Positions 11,900 through 24,484 are shown, counted from the whole stretch's first letter. The stretch is DNA of 63,208 bases, filler included, from Octopus bimaculoides (GCF_001194135.2; 5 parts of 4 records of this genome joined end to end with filler, not necessarily neighbours in it), one strand, 5' to 3'. The notes: generated from the letters alone by a model not told the origin. Translations and numbers: made by a program.

Positions 11900-14422
11900 T
11901 GTAGACTGCATTGTATATTGTCTAAGTAACATAAATGAAAGCTTAACCTAACGTTAGTTTTTAGGCAGCTGGTGATCACATATATTTTTCTCTCACATGA
12001 AATATAATTTTAGAAGTTATGAACTTCATTGTATTATTAGTTTATTAGCTATAATGTAGCAATCTTGTGCTCGGATAGCACATATACCTGTAATAATCAT
12101 ATTTACTTCTTACAGGTTAAACTTCTTGAATGTTTTACATATTTTGACAGTTCCAAAAATAGCTTGTAATTGTAATTTCTTAATTAGCTGTATCCTTTCT
12201 ATCAGGTTGAGTAAAAAGAAAGCAACGTTTTGAAACATGAAATTCATCACAATATATTTCAACAACGAGGAAATTTTATTCATCAAAATAAGTAGCATTA
12301 TAATCAATGCATTTTTGTCAACGAGCGACAAGTTTGTTTATTTCGGTAACATGAAAATCTGGAGTTCTGGAACTGATGAACTCTTTGAACGAATTTTCAA
12401 CATCGGTTTAATTTTTGAACTCCTCCTCTCGCTGGAAGCCATCAAGGTGCTTGGAAAAGTGATTGTCGGTAGAAGAAAGGCCTAGGGAATAAGCTGGGTA
12501 ATTTCGTGGCCAAGTTTCCTCAACATCTGGAGCGCCATTAGAGAAACGTGCGTCGAGCATTGTCATGAAAAATGATTGGTCCTCTTCTGTTGACCAGTCT
12601 AGGAGTACAGTCTTCCGTTCATTTTGGCAATTCCATGACAATATGTTTCTGCAGTAATGGTTTTTGCGGGTTTTAAGAAGTTGTATTGGATGAATCCAGC
12701 AGTACGCCACCAAACAGTCATCATAACCTTCTCTTTGAAGAACTCGGATTTAGGGAAGATTTCCGATACTTCATTTTGGTCCCACCACTGCCAAGAACTT
12801 TTTATATTATTGTACAGAATCCACTTTTCATCGCAAGTTACAATACGGTCGAGAAATGGATCAGTCTGGCTACGGAGAAGAAGCGACGAGCATATTTCAT
12901 ATCTGTACATTTTCTAATTTTCATTCAAATCTGTGCTGCCCATTTGTCGAGCTTTTTGATTTTCCGATCGCATGCAAATGGTTGCAGGCAGTTTACTGCC
13001 TAACTTGAAGTTCTTTTGCTAGTTCATGAGTGGTTTTACGTGGATTCTTCTCAATGACGATCTTTAATTGACCATTATCGATGACAGATGGGCGTCCACT
13101 ACGCTCATGATCTTCAAGGCTCAGGTCTCTACTGCAATATCGTTTAAACCATTTTGGAGCTGTCCACTGATTGGTTATTTCCACAACAAACGTTTCGTTG
13201 ATATCGCAAGCAGTTTCAGCTGCTTTACGTTCTTTTTTGAAATTGAATAGCAAAATTTTCTCGAAAATCGCGCATTGACAGTTCCATTTCAGATGACTGT
13301 AACAACGATGAAAAAAGTAATGTTAATTTATTGATGTATTTGGGAAAATCTATAACTGTATTATGAGAAAATTGCAAAAAATGTTTTGAAAAATACTAAA
13401 CTCTGCAAAAATTCTTCATGGTCCAAAACGCTGCTTACTTTTCATTCAGCCTGATAATTTATGAAGGTAAGATAATCAAGACTGAAGCCAGTAAACCTAG
13501 TTGCATAACCAAGTGCCAAAAACTTCACTTATAAACGTAAAGCTATATAATCTGATAGGAGTGTTTACTGATTTCTCATTAGTTTGATACAGATTATTTT
13601 ATAAGCAGAAAGCCTTTCATTTGCTGCTACATAGTTGTACAACTTCTCCGGGTGTGTATCCCTGGTCATCTGTCAAAGAATACTTTTCGCGGATCTCCTT
13701 TCTAACTTTCATGATATAAACATGATATTTGGATACACTTCGATGCTGGGTGTCTGTAGATCGTATGGATAAGATAAAATGCTGTTTCGTGTAATGTGAA
13801 GTTTCTGCATCCTTACTCTTATTTTAAGTTGAGATAGTCAATATCGTTATTCATGTAGAAATTTTGGGAGATGTTAATAGTTTTCAGGTTTTCACATCTC
13901 AGGTTTGGATCTCATGTAGCATCCATGCTATCGAAATGTTAGTGTGATAATTGGTACAGAAAACACATTATGAGTCACAAGTTTTATAGTATTTAGAGAT
14001 GATAATATATTTTAATCAAAGTATTATGTTCTTGGTTACTTATTCCCTAGTACGAAACTTACCATGTGACATATTTTCATCAATACATAAGTACCAAAAG
14101 CATTCCTCGTTTGATATCTGAGAAACAGTCACCCATTATTTGTGGCATTGCTAAACTGGTTTGTAGTTTCCATGGTTTTACAATTATGAAGGAATATTTA
14201 TCTTGACTAAATTCCATTCCTATATCCTTTGAGTAAGCTGTAACCACATCAAGATTCTTCTTCATGCCATTCTTATACTTAGCATATGCTTTCAAGTCAC
14301 CACATGGAAAATATGAGATAAGTTTATTGCTCTAACTTCCTTTGAATCGATTACATACTGTTCAGATTTCCCTTGCACAAAGGATAAATGATCCACTTTA
14401 TCATAAAAAGATTGTCTCACTG
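11900..14422 (-). mobile_element. degenerate R4-clade RLE retrotransposon, interrupted by mariner
   Basis: RT remnant MKAYAKYKNGMKKNLDVVTAYSKDIGMEFSQDK (14080-14295). An ALGYA remnant lies near 13500 and the C-terminus ERIQLIKKLQLQAIFGTVKICKTFKKFNL* lies at 12110-12199. The left boundary is uncertain. Confidence 0.65.
12202..13454 (-). mobile_element. full-length mariner element with TIRs and TA TSD (pseudogene)
   Basis: The left TIR tcaggttgagtaaaaagaaagcaacgttttgaaacatga matches the reverse complement of the right end, tcaggctgaatgaaaagtaagcagcgttttggaccatga (7 mismatches). TA flanks both ends. Remnants KWAAQI, RIVTCDEKWILYNN, KVMMTVWW and HDNAR. Length 1253 bp. Confidence 0.92.
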
Positions 14423-14495
14423 GTATGTATGTATGTATGTATGTATGTATGTATGTATGTATGTATGTACGTACGTATGTATGTATGTATGTATG
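14423..14495. repeat. (TATG)n microsatellite between two R4-clade copies
   Basis: Direct reading. Confidence 0.95.
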
Positions 14496-14980
14496 CCATT
14501 ATTAGGTTTTATTTCAACATTTCTTGCCAATACAGAAACTAAATCCATTGATCCTTCATTGGAATTTCAGTAACATCAACAGGGTAGTTTTGCATATATG
14601 TGTTTATGTGTAGTATTTGGAGTCAATACGTGTGTAGATTTGCATGTTTTGTTTTACGTATGTATTTTCATGCACATAGTTGCATATCTAGACATGCAAA
14701 TGTATACTTAAATGATAAACTTCTGAAAAGTATATCAGATTTTTACAGTTCCAGTGATGGCTTGGATCTGTAGTCTCCGAATCAGCCTTTTTCTTTCTGG
14801 TTATCAGATGCCTAATCTCTGAAGATTGGTATTTAGGCAGTGTGTGCCCCTAGAATTACAGGTATAAGCCTGTACTTGTAATCTGGGTAGAGTAACTGTA
14901 GACTTCTCAATAGGTCAGCGTATATATTTGCATTTTGGCTAAACTTTAGCTTTATATTAATATCCACCGGGTAGCTGATT
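14496..14980 (-). mobile_element. 5'-truncated R4-clade RLE retrotransposon (CATA-associated family)
   Basis: Minus strand EISYPVDINIKLKFSQNANIYADLLRSLQLLYPDYKYRLIPVILG...LIRRLQIQAITGTVKI..FQKFII*, plus a 3' UTR homologous to 53949-54150. CATA repeats lie on both sides. Confidence 0.85.
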
Positions 14981-15320
14981 TAATGTATGTACGTATGCAT
15001 GTTCATACCCAGGTTCGTTTGTATGCATGTATGCATGCATGCATGCATGTATGTACAGACCCACGTACACATGTATGTATGTATGCATGCATAGTTGTAC
15101 AGATACCTCCATACATGTATGTATGACTATATATATATGTATATGTGCATGCATGTATGCATGCTTGAATGTATGCATGCTTGTATGTATGTATGCATGC
15201 ATGCATGCATGTATGTATGTATGTATGTATGTATGTATGCATGCATGTATGTATATATGTATGTATGTATGTATATATGCATGATGTATGTACATGTATG
15301 TATGCTCGTATGTATATGTC
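14981..15320. repeat. (TATG)/(CATG)n degenerate microsatellite
   Basis: Direct reading. Confidence 0.9.
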
Positions 15321-15475
15321 TTCTTTGAATTCTACTTATAGTAAAAAAGGACTATTTCTAACTAGGAAATAAAGTTTCATGGGTAGAATTTAGATCACAA
15401 GAAGTACGATTAAAATCCATACTGAATTCCAAAAAGCATGCGACATTTTCTCTGTTCCACTAGTAGACTGAAGTT

Positions 15476-15695
15476 AAGGCGTCGAGCTGGTAGAAACGTT
15501 AGCACGCCGGGCGAAATGCTTAGCGGCATTTCGTCTGCCGTTACGTTCTGAGTTCAAATTCCACCGATGTCGACTTTGCCTTGCATCCTTTCGGTGTCGA
15601 TAAATTAAGTACCAATTATGCACTGGTGTCGATATAATCGACTGGCCCCCATTCCCCCAAATTTCGGGCCTTGTGCCTAGAGTGGAAAAGACTAA
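15476..15695 (+). mobile_element. SINE family A, full length with perfect 12-bp TSD
   Basis: aggcgtcgagctggtagaaacg...cgggccttgtgcctagagtggaaaag. TAGACTGAAGTT occurs at 15464-15475 and 15696-15707. Confidence 0.9.
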
Positions 15696-16548
15696 TAGAC
15701 TGAAGTTGTAGAACACGAGTTAAATTCTCTTTTCGTTTATTTTTCTAAAAACACAGCATTCCCATACTATTACACGAACATTTATTAACAAAACTAACCG
15801 TACCATTGACTATAAAGTGTGTATGATTATCATCCATTATAGATTACAATCTGGAATTCGAAGAAGTTGTCCATAAATATTCTCTTTCTCACCTATTTCG
15901 AAGGAAATATTCACCTAGGTTGGCCGCCAAAACAGTTCAAAATTTCCCTTAAAATTCTTGTGAATAACTAAATCACTGATTTGCGGCTTTTCTTTCGATT
16001 TAGTTGTTCACTTACATATCAGTAAGATATTGAAAATAAATGCATTTTCATAACTCTTTGTCCACTGATATAGCAAACAATCGTTTAGTTTTGGTTCATA
16101 CTTTTACATGCACACCTTTAAAGGAAATTACAAATGCTATAAGAAACAGTTATATAAGTTTTCACCGAAATTAACGAATAAATGTTACGTGCATTATCTT
16201 TTCTTGAATTATGGGAATTGTTCCTATCAGAAAAGCATTGGTTTCTAACAAATAAACAAAATTCCATCGCTGGAACTGCATAATAAAAGTGGTATATACT
16301 ACATGTTGAACTTCACATCTTGTGTTACATACACACTCTGGCATTTTATAGCTGTACGAAGCAAAATATATTCAGATGATCGTTTTTGCCCTGCATAGAG
16401 ATTATATTAGAAAAGCGTGTGTTAGTTTAAGTCTAGGTTTTCTAGATTGTTACTTAGACACTAATAAACAGGCAAATATCTCAAACAAACGGTATACATG
16501 TGAAAATAAAAAGTAGGGACGCTTAGGTTACGAAGCAGTTTTGTGTGT

Positions 16549-16620
<72 letters not shown>

Positions 16621-16982
16621 CATTTATATATGGAAACAGTACTAACACCAAAAGGTAATAATCATATACAAATTAATATGCAGGATTCAAATGCTGTATC
16701 GTGTAATGTGAAGGAGATATTAATTCATGTAGAAATTTTGGGAGATATTAATATGAATATTTTGTTAGAAAATTGAATACTGCGTTATCACTTTGATAGA
16801 TCCTCTCACAAAGGCGATTGGTGCATAAAAATCACGCGAATAGACTGTAACATAAAAAGATTCGTCCGTCATAGGCGCCAGACCTGCTATATGACGTGAT
16901 TTCATTCTACTGGAAATCATCAGTAGGTGTCCGGTTACCCCATGCCAATCAAAACTCGCTACTGTATAGACACACACGCACG

Positions 16983-17031
<49 letters not shown>

Positions 17032-17895
17032 NNNNNNNNNNNNNNNNNNNNNNNNNNNNNNNNNNNNNNNNNNNNNNNNNNNNNNNNNNNNNNNNNNNNN
17101 NNNNNNNNNNNNNNNNNNNNNNNNNNNNNNNNNNNNNNNNNNNNNNNNNNNNNNNNNNNNNNNNNNNNNNNNNNNNNNNNNNNNNNNNNNNNNNNNNNNN
17201 NNNNNNNNNNNNNNNNNNNNNNNNNNNNNNNNNNNNNNNNNNNNNNNNNNNNNNNNNNNNNNNNNNNNNNNNNNNNNNNNNNNNNNNNNNNNNNNNNNNN
17301 NNNNNNNNNNNNNNNNNNNNNNNNNNNNNNNNNNNNNNNNNNNNNNNNNNNNNNNNNNNNNNNNNNNNNNNNNNNNNNNNNNNNNNNNNNNNNNNNNNNN
17401 NNNNNNNNNNNNNNNNNNNNNNNNNNNNNNNNNNNNNNNNNNNNNNNNNNNNNNNNNNNNNNNNNNNNNNNNNNNNNNNNNNNNNNNNNNNNNNNNNNNN
17501 NNNNNNNNNNNNNNNNNNNNNNNNNNNNNNNNNNNNNNNNNNNNNNNNNNNNNNNNNNNNNNNNNNNNNNNNNNNNNNNNNNNNNNNNNNNNNNNNNNNN
17601 NNNNNNNNNNNNNNNNNNNNNNNNNNNNNNNNNNNNNTATATATATATATATATATATATATGTATGCGTGCGTGTTACACACACATAGATCTATCTACA
17701 TATATTTATACAAATGTACAAATAAGTATATGCATAAACAACCGCATTCATTCGCACGCCTCCTTATTTTATTTCACATCTCCAAACAACTTATTAATCT
17801 ATCAATGCAAACACGCAGCTCGCCACCAACAGAAACGCACAAGCTTATAGATATGTACACAATACATATAAAACAATACATATATAAAAAAAAGC

Positions 17896-18194
17896 AACAC
17901 TCTGTCGGCTGCGTCGACGAGGGTTCCAGTAGATCCGATCAACGGACCAGCCTATACGTGAAATTAACGTGAAAGTGGCTGAGCACTCCACAGATATGCA
18001 TACTCTTAACGTAGTTCCCAGGTAAAAAGGTTAGCCCTTTGAAGTACAGGTACTACTCATTTTTGTCAGCTGAACGGACAGGAGCAACACGAAATAAAGT
18101 GCCTTGCCCAAGAGGCACAACGCGCCGCCGCGAGACGAATTTACAACTTTACCATCGTGAGTCTAACACCGTAACCACTAAGCCACGCGCCTTC
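17896..18194 (-). mobile_element. tRNA-derived SINE with CORE-like central box and family C tail
   Basis: Head gaaggcgcgtggcttagtggtta, central ttgggcaaggcactttatttc..ttgctcc...cagctg..aaaaatgagtag, and the same 3' tail as 1720-1900. Confidence 0.75.
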
Positions 18195-19762
18195 TGTTAT
18201 ATACACATATAAAAGACAATACATGCACATGCGCGCACACATATACATATATACATACATACATACATACACATTACCATAAGGAAAGAGCAAGTACTTA
18301 TAATATCGATCTGTAGGCTCAATAAGCAGTAAATGGGTCGTGATTTCGATAAAAGATTACATCCGTGGAGATTGACTTTAATTTAAATGTTATTGATAAT
18401 TCAACTAGTGGAAACTACTTTGGTCTGCCTCAAATGCAGAAATAAACGGTGTTGTGACTCAATGTGTCATCCTTTTTGTTTGCTTTAGACGTTATGATGT
18501 AGTTGTACTGTTCCCATAAGGACAGAAACTTCCGGTATGCCCGACAGCACAGTATTTGTTTGGCTAAAATTATATAACTTTAAATGATTGTAAAAAATTC
18601 TAATTTTTAACTTTTAGTAAAAACTGCGATTTTCGTCATCTGCGAACAAAACTATATCAGAAATAGTTTTCGAAAATAATTTGAGCGCACTATTCCGTGT
18701 TCTAACAGCACATTCATGTTAAGTTGGATATAAAGATTATCTTTGGATATTAATACTACTTCCGTCAGTAATAATGAATTTTTCATAGGCCTGCTAGCTA
18801 TTTGCGATATCAGTATCTGAAAAGATGCTTATATTTTATATATCTTAGCAACGACGTTTGCTTGGCATGCAGTGATTGGACGCCTTGCACTGAGCCTCCA
18901 ACTGATGATTTCCAATAGAAAGGAATCACATAATATTGAAGTTCCGGTGCCCATAACGGACGACTCTCGTCTGCTGCGATCCATGTGTGTGTGTGTGTGT
19001 GTGCATTTTATGCAACAGGCGCCTATATGAAAGAATCTCACAAGGCTAATAACACTGTATTCGCTGTTCCAACAAGACATCCATGTTAAGCTGGATATAA
19101 AAATTACTATTTGGAAGAAATTTATCAAGAACCTTCATGGAAAAAATTACAGAATCCGAAGTAACTAGCTACGAGATGAGTCTCCACAAAAAAAGTTTCT
19201 AAAGGTAAATTATAAAGTTTGTTTTCTAAAGTTCGTATGTCTTTGAGAGAAAATTTTTTCTGATCTTTCGGACGGAGTCTTTTTACGGAGAAGGAGAAGA
19301 AGAAAAAAAAAATACAGAAAGTTTAAAGTTATTTTTATGTCTTTAGTTCACGGAAGTGTGCAAAAAAGTGAAGCATTAGAACTAGTTTCTGCGGAAGTGG
19401 TGGAAAGAAGTAGTGGGAAAAGGGGAAAGTTCAAGGTTTAGATATAATAAGAATGAGCAGGGAGAAGGAGAATTATTGATCGTTTTATGATAGGTGTAGG
19501 TGGGAAACTCAGAGGTCAGTGGATTCGTAAACAACTTAAGTCAATAACAATTTACGCGTTCCTATATGGATATAGACATACAGACAAGCGTGTTCACATA
19601 AATATAGGAATGACTGAAATAAAACCACCAACCCGTACTTGCACATACATGAGCACGCGCATATTCACAAAGCTACACAATCATCCCCTAAACAACAATA
19701 ACAACGACATATATGTGTATGCAAATATATATTATATAAACACATATATATACTTATGTAAG

Positions 19763-19857
<95 letters not shown>

Positions 19858-21243
19858 TAATGCGTGTATATACACAGACATATATATAATCTATACTTAT
19901 GTATAAATGTATTATTTGCGTGCATGGATACATACATACACACATACGTACACATATACATACGTACATACATACATATGTGTGTGTGTGTGTGTGTGTG
20001 TGTGTTTGTGTGTGTATGTATGTGTGTATGTAAGTGTGTGTGTTTGTGTTTGTATATAAGAATATCCGGCTAATTTCAGCTATTTTTATGTATGCGTATG
20101 TCAAAAGGTGAATGATTACGTATATTGTTGTCGAAAAGTTATTTACTGAGAACCCCTCTCCCAATCTCTCCCAGCCATACCTTGATCAATAATCTTCCCC
20201 GACATTCTATTCCCTTTCCACTTTCAATGCTGTTCTTTCCTAATTTCTTTTATATTCTCCCATCTTTCTCTCTCCAAGATTGAAGAAACGAGTCCTTCAC
20301 CATTTCTGCCCAGTCTTGGACAAAGAAAAAGTTTTCCAGTTTTTCGTAGAAGAAATTGGTTCGAAGCCACCGGAAACGGCTCTCCTAACGGTCTGCGAAA
20401 CAGAATAAAAAAACTTAACCAAAATAAACAACTTTTGCCGATGCACGGCATCTTTCATGGCTTCTGTTTTAAGCGATGTACATATATATATATATATANN
20501 NNNNNNNNNNNNNNNNNNNNNNNNNNNNNNNNNNNNNNNNNNNNNNNNNNNNNNNNNNNNNNNNNNNNNNNNNNNNNNNNNNNNNNNNNNNNNNNNNNNN
20601 NNNNNNNNNNNNNNNNNNNNNNNNNNNNNNNNNNNNNNNNNNNNNNNNNNNNNNNNNNNNNNNNNNNNNNNNNNNNNNNNNNNNNNNNNNNNNNNNNNNN
20701 NNNNNNNNNNNNNNNNNNNNNNNNNNNNNNNNNNNNNNNNNNNNNNNNNNNNNNNNNNNNNNNNNNNNNNNNNNNNNNNNNNNNNNNNNNNNNNNNNNNN
20801 NNNNNNNNNNNNNNNNNNNNNNNNNNNNNNNNNNNNNNNNNNNNNNNNNNNNNNNNNNNNNNNNNNNNNNNNNNNNNNNNNNNNNNNNNNNNNNNNNNNN
20901 NNNNNNNNNNNNNNNNNNNNNNNNNNNNNNNNNNNNNNNNNNNNNNNNNNNNNNNNNNNNNNNNNNNNNNNNNNNNNNNNNNNNNNNNNNNNNNNNNNNN
21001 NNNNNNNNNNNNNNNNNNNNNNNNNNNNNNNNNNNNNNNNNNNNNNNNNNNNNNNNNNNNNNNNNNNNNNNNNNNNNNNNNNNNNNNNNNNNNNNNNNNN
21101 NNNNNNNNNNNNNNNNNNNNNNNNNNNNNNNNNNNNNNNNNNNNNNNNNNNNNNNNNNNNNNNNNNNNNNNNNNNNNNNNNNNNNNNNNNNNNNNNNNNN
21201 NNNNNNNNNNNNNNNNNNNTGTATGTATGTATGTATGTTTGTA

Positions 21244-21288
<45 letters not shown>

Positions 21289-21301
21289 ATACATGTATGT
21301 A

Positions 21302-22226
21302 TTAGGTCATCCCATAAATAATGTGGTTTTTAATACTTTTATTTTTCAAAATTAAGAGAAACAATGTTCTTTTTTAATCTAAAATATACTCTTCATTTTC
21401 TACAATGCTCTTCCATCTTTCTGGTAGACTTGCAAGGCCCGCTTCCAAAATTCACTTGTCCATGATGAAAAATACTCCTCTAGTACTGTTCTGACCTCGT
21501 TTACATAATTCATATTTTTCCGTCCAAATGATTTTGAAGACTGCAGAATAAATGATAATCTGATGGGGAAATGTCCGGCGAATATGGTAGGTGGGGGCAT
21601 CGTTTCCCATTCAAAATGCTCCAGTCTTTGGAATGTCATCCTCGCTGTATGTGGCCGGGCATTATGCTGATGGAAGAACACCTTTCGTCATGAAACCAAA
21701 GATAGTCTTTTTCCTTCTAGCGTTGACTTGAGCCGCTCAAGCTGCTAACAGATCTCCTTTGTTATCGCTTGATTTGGGCTTAAAAGTTCAAAGTGGACTA
21801 AACCTTTCATATCCCACCAAACGGAAAACAACATCTTACGTGGGTGAAGCCTGGGTGCCGGTGTTTCTCCTTTTCTTACCCACTGTCTTTAGCGCTTGAC
21901 ATTTTTATAGAGAACCTATTTCTCGTCACCAGTCACTATTCAGTTAAAAAAAATGTTCATTCGTGAGACTTGACAACAAAGAAGAACACACGTTCACTCT
22001 CTGCACGCGATTAGACTCGGAAAATTTGTGAGGAACCCATTGACCCAATTCGGTGACTTTTCCTATCCACACAGATGTCGATGAATGGTTGAATGACCAA
22101 ATCCAAGCTTCTCTGCTAGTTCTTCAACAATTACGATGGAATTTTGTTCTACCGAGATTTGAAGATCTCGTCGAGCTTTACAGATTTTCCCGGACGAAGC
22201 TCGTCTTCTAGGCTGTAGTTTCCGGC
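21302..22226 (-). mobile_element. mariner element (second family), one TIR visible, runs into a gap
   Basis: TA followed by TIR-like ttaggtcatcccataaataatg at 21302. Remnants HQHNARPHTAR, a WVPHKF-like segment and EDELRPG. Confidence 0.85.
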
Positions 22227-22270
22227 NNNNNNNNNNNNNNNNNNNNNNNNNNNNNNNNNNNNNNNNNNNN

Positions 22271-22282
22271 TTAATTAATTAA
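22271..22282. other. assembly linker TTAATTAATTAA inside an N gap (also 29340-29351, 36773-36784, 46539-46550)
   Basis: The identical 12-mer sits centred in N runs of about 100 bp total, four times. It has stop codons in all six frames. Confidence 0.9.
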
Positions 22283-22326
22283 NNNNNNNNNNNNNNNNNN
22301 NNNNNNNNNNNNNNNNNNNNNNNNNN

Positions 22327-22380
<54 letters not shown>

Positions 22381-22713
22381 TTAAAAGAAAGGAGAGAAAG
22401 AGAAACAAGTAACTTTGAGTACATTACAGTTTAAATATGTGTTGTGTCTGCGCGTGTGTATGCATATATGCATTTAAACGGAGGGAGAGAAGGAAAGAGA
22501 GTGAGAAATGTGACAACGTGTCATACATCGAATATTTACTTTTTCTAGTTTTGTAGCATTAAACAAACAAAACATGGAAAAGCCACCCGAATCGATCATA
22601 TCATTACACAACACAAATGCACTACACACACCACAGACGTACTACACATACATATACAATGCTTATGAAGAATAGATTTTATTTTTTTATATTTGCACAA
22701 ACGGGCGCATGTA

Positions 22714-23940
22714 CAGTAACGACCATAATATAAGGGTCAGTAAGAACAAGTGTATTGAACTATTTATCATAGATTAACAAAACCTTGAAACTAGATGTTT
22801 TGCACATATTTAGATATATATGATATATATCTTTCCTGACAATTTTAAGTCAAGGGAATAAATATTGCGTAAGTAATGAGGAAATAAACAAATAATATTC
22901 CAACCTGCATCGGTCAAATGTTCTGGGTCACTTAGAAAAACAATGAAAAATGGAATGTAACCCTTATTTTTACCACTGGACTGCAATTAATTTCTTGCAA
23001 AATGATGGAATAATATTGTTCCACTTTTTTTTTTCATAATTCCCAGAAATCATATTGGTTCTTTGGATTTCTCCTTCGTGCCCCATCTCCAATAATCTTC
23101 CAAGCGTTTTCTATAGGGCTGAGATCGGGACTTTGAAGTGGCCTGTCCATGAAATCAACCCTTTCATCACTCAAAAAATCTTTGACTCTCTTCGCAGTGT
23201 GATAGGGAGCGTTGTCCTGCATGAAGATAGGAGTTTGAACTGCCGAGGATCGGAGATGTGGAAAGGCATGATGTCTAAGAATCTGCTCGTAGATTTCAGC
23301 ATTGACAGTCCCTTGTAGGCGAATTAGTGAACCAGGACCAGTAGCAGAGATCACTACTCTTGCCATTACACTGCCTCCTCCATATTCCACTGTCTTCTTC
23401 ATATATGCACGGGTTAACATTTTGCCACTTCTTTGTTGCACATACATTCCGCCATCGGAACCGACCACATTAAACTTCGATTCAACGCTAAAATTAACCT
23501 GCGACCACTGTTTTTTGTCCAAACGACATGTTGGTGAGCGAAACGAAGACGGGTGGTTTCTTTGCCGGTGTCCGAGCAAGCCACCCATGACCTCATAAGC
23601 TTCGGGAAAATGTTTTGCGCGATACGTTGACATCGGAAGTGGAGCTAAACTCGCGGGATATCTCAGCAGCACTCATAAATCTATCCTTCAGTGACATTCT
23701 AACCATAATATGATTTTGTCTTGGTGAAGATTTACGAGGTCTACCGGTTTTAGGTTTAGCATCGTTCGACCCGGATTACTTAAAACGAGCTACAATTCGT
23801 TGGACAACACTTCTAGAACTTCCTATAATAGTTGCTATCACAGAATCTGACATGCCCTCTCGTTGAAGGCATACAATCCTTTGTTTTTCATAACAGGATA
23901 TCAGTCATCTATCACAAGCCGCCATGTTGAGAGTTGAATG
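22714..23940 (-). mobile_element. Tc1-family DD34E transposon, 5' TIR missing (pseudogene)
   Basis: HTH region ..KTGRPRKSSPRQ.., then FSVESKF (first D lost), KTVEYGGGSVM and FMQDNAPYH...SPDLSPIENAW with 34 residues between D and E. TA followed by TIR-like cagtaacgaccataatataagg at 22712-22735. Confidence 0.88.
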
Positions 23941-23942
23941 TT

Positions 23943-24479
23943 CTAATAATGCTTCATTTCAATGATGGATTTCCTGTATTGTTGAGCAAATATGTGGTCT
24001 TCAAATTCTGTTTCGACATCATTTTCCTGGCTGTTTTTCCTAGGGTCATTATATTCTCCTTTTCCTTCAGGCTCTTGAGTGGTTTCGGCAGATAGTCGCC
24101 TTTCAGTCAATGCTTGTGGTCCAACATTCCTCTCCTCTTCTTCATTATTTCTTTCTTGACTTATATTTAGGTCATTCTGTACCACGTTTTTAATAGAGGT
24201 TAATTCTGCATCTGTGAGTCTGGTATTTCTGAAGATATCTCTTCTAACATTTACTAATCTGTTTTCATCCAGGTTTGGGCTGCTAGCTGGATTTCGGCTC
24301 CTCCGAATTCTGTAGGAGTTTGCGATGTGTTTCTCTTGGGTTGGCCTACTTAATGCAAAGTAATAAGCGTATATTACTTCTTTATATTCTTCCCGGTTCC
24401 ATTTAGTTCTTTTACATTTTTGATTATCCCTCGGTTCCTTTCTCGTAATTGTTTCGCTAATCCAGTAACAACAATACAA
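23943..24479 (-). mobile_element. N-terminal coding fragment of an R4/Dong-clade retrotransposon
   Basis: KRTKWNREEYKEVIYAYY...RNPASSPNLDENRLVNVRRDIFRNTRLTDAELTSIK resembles the N-terminal Myb-like module of R4/Dong ORFs. Confidence 0.7.
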
Positions 24480-24484
24480 AGTAT

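Noticed and set aside
16765-17972. Long ORFs of 200-470 aa spanning N runs (also at 20435, 25543, 31207, 32680, 52263, 54406, 57738)
   Set aside because: They stay open only because N codons are not stops.
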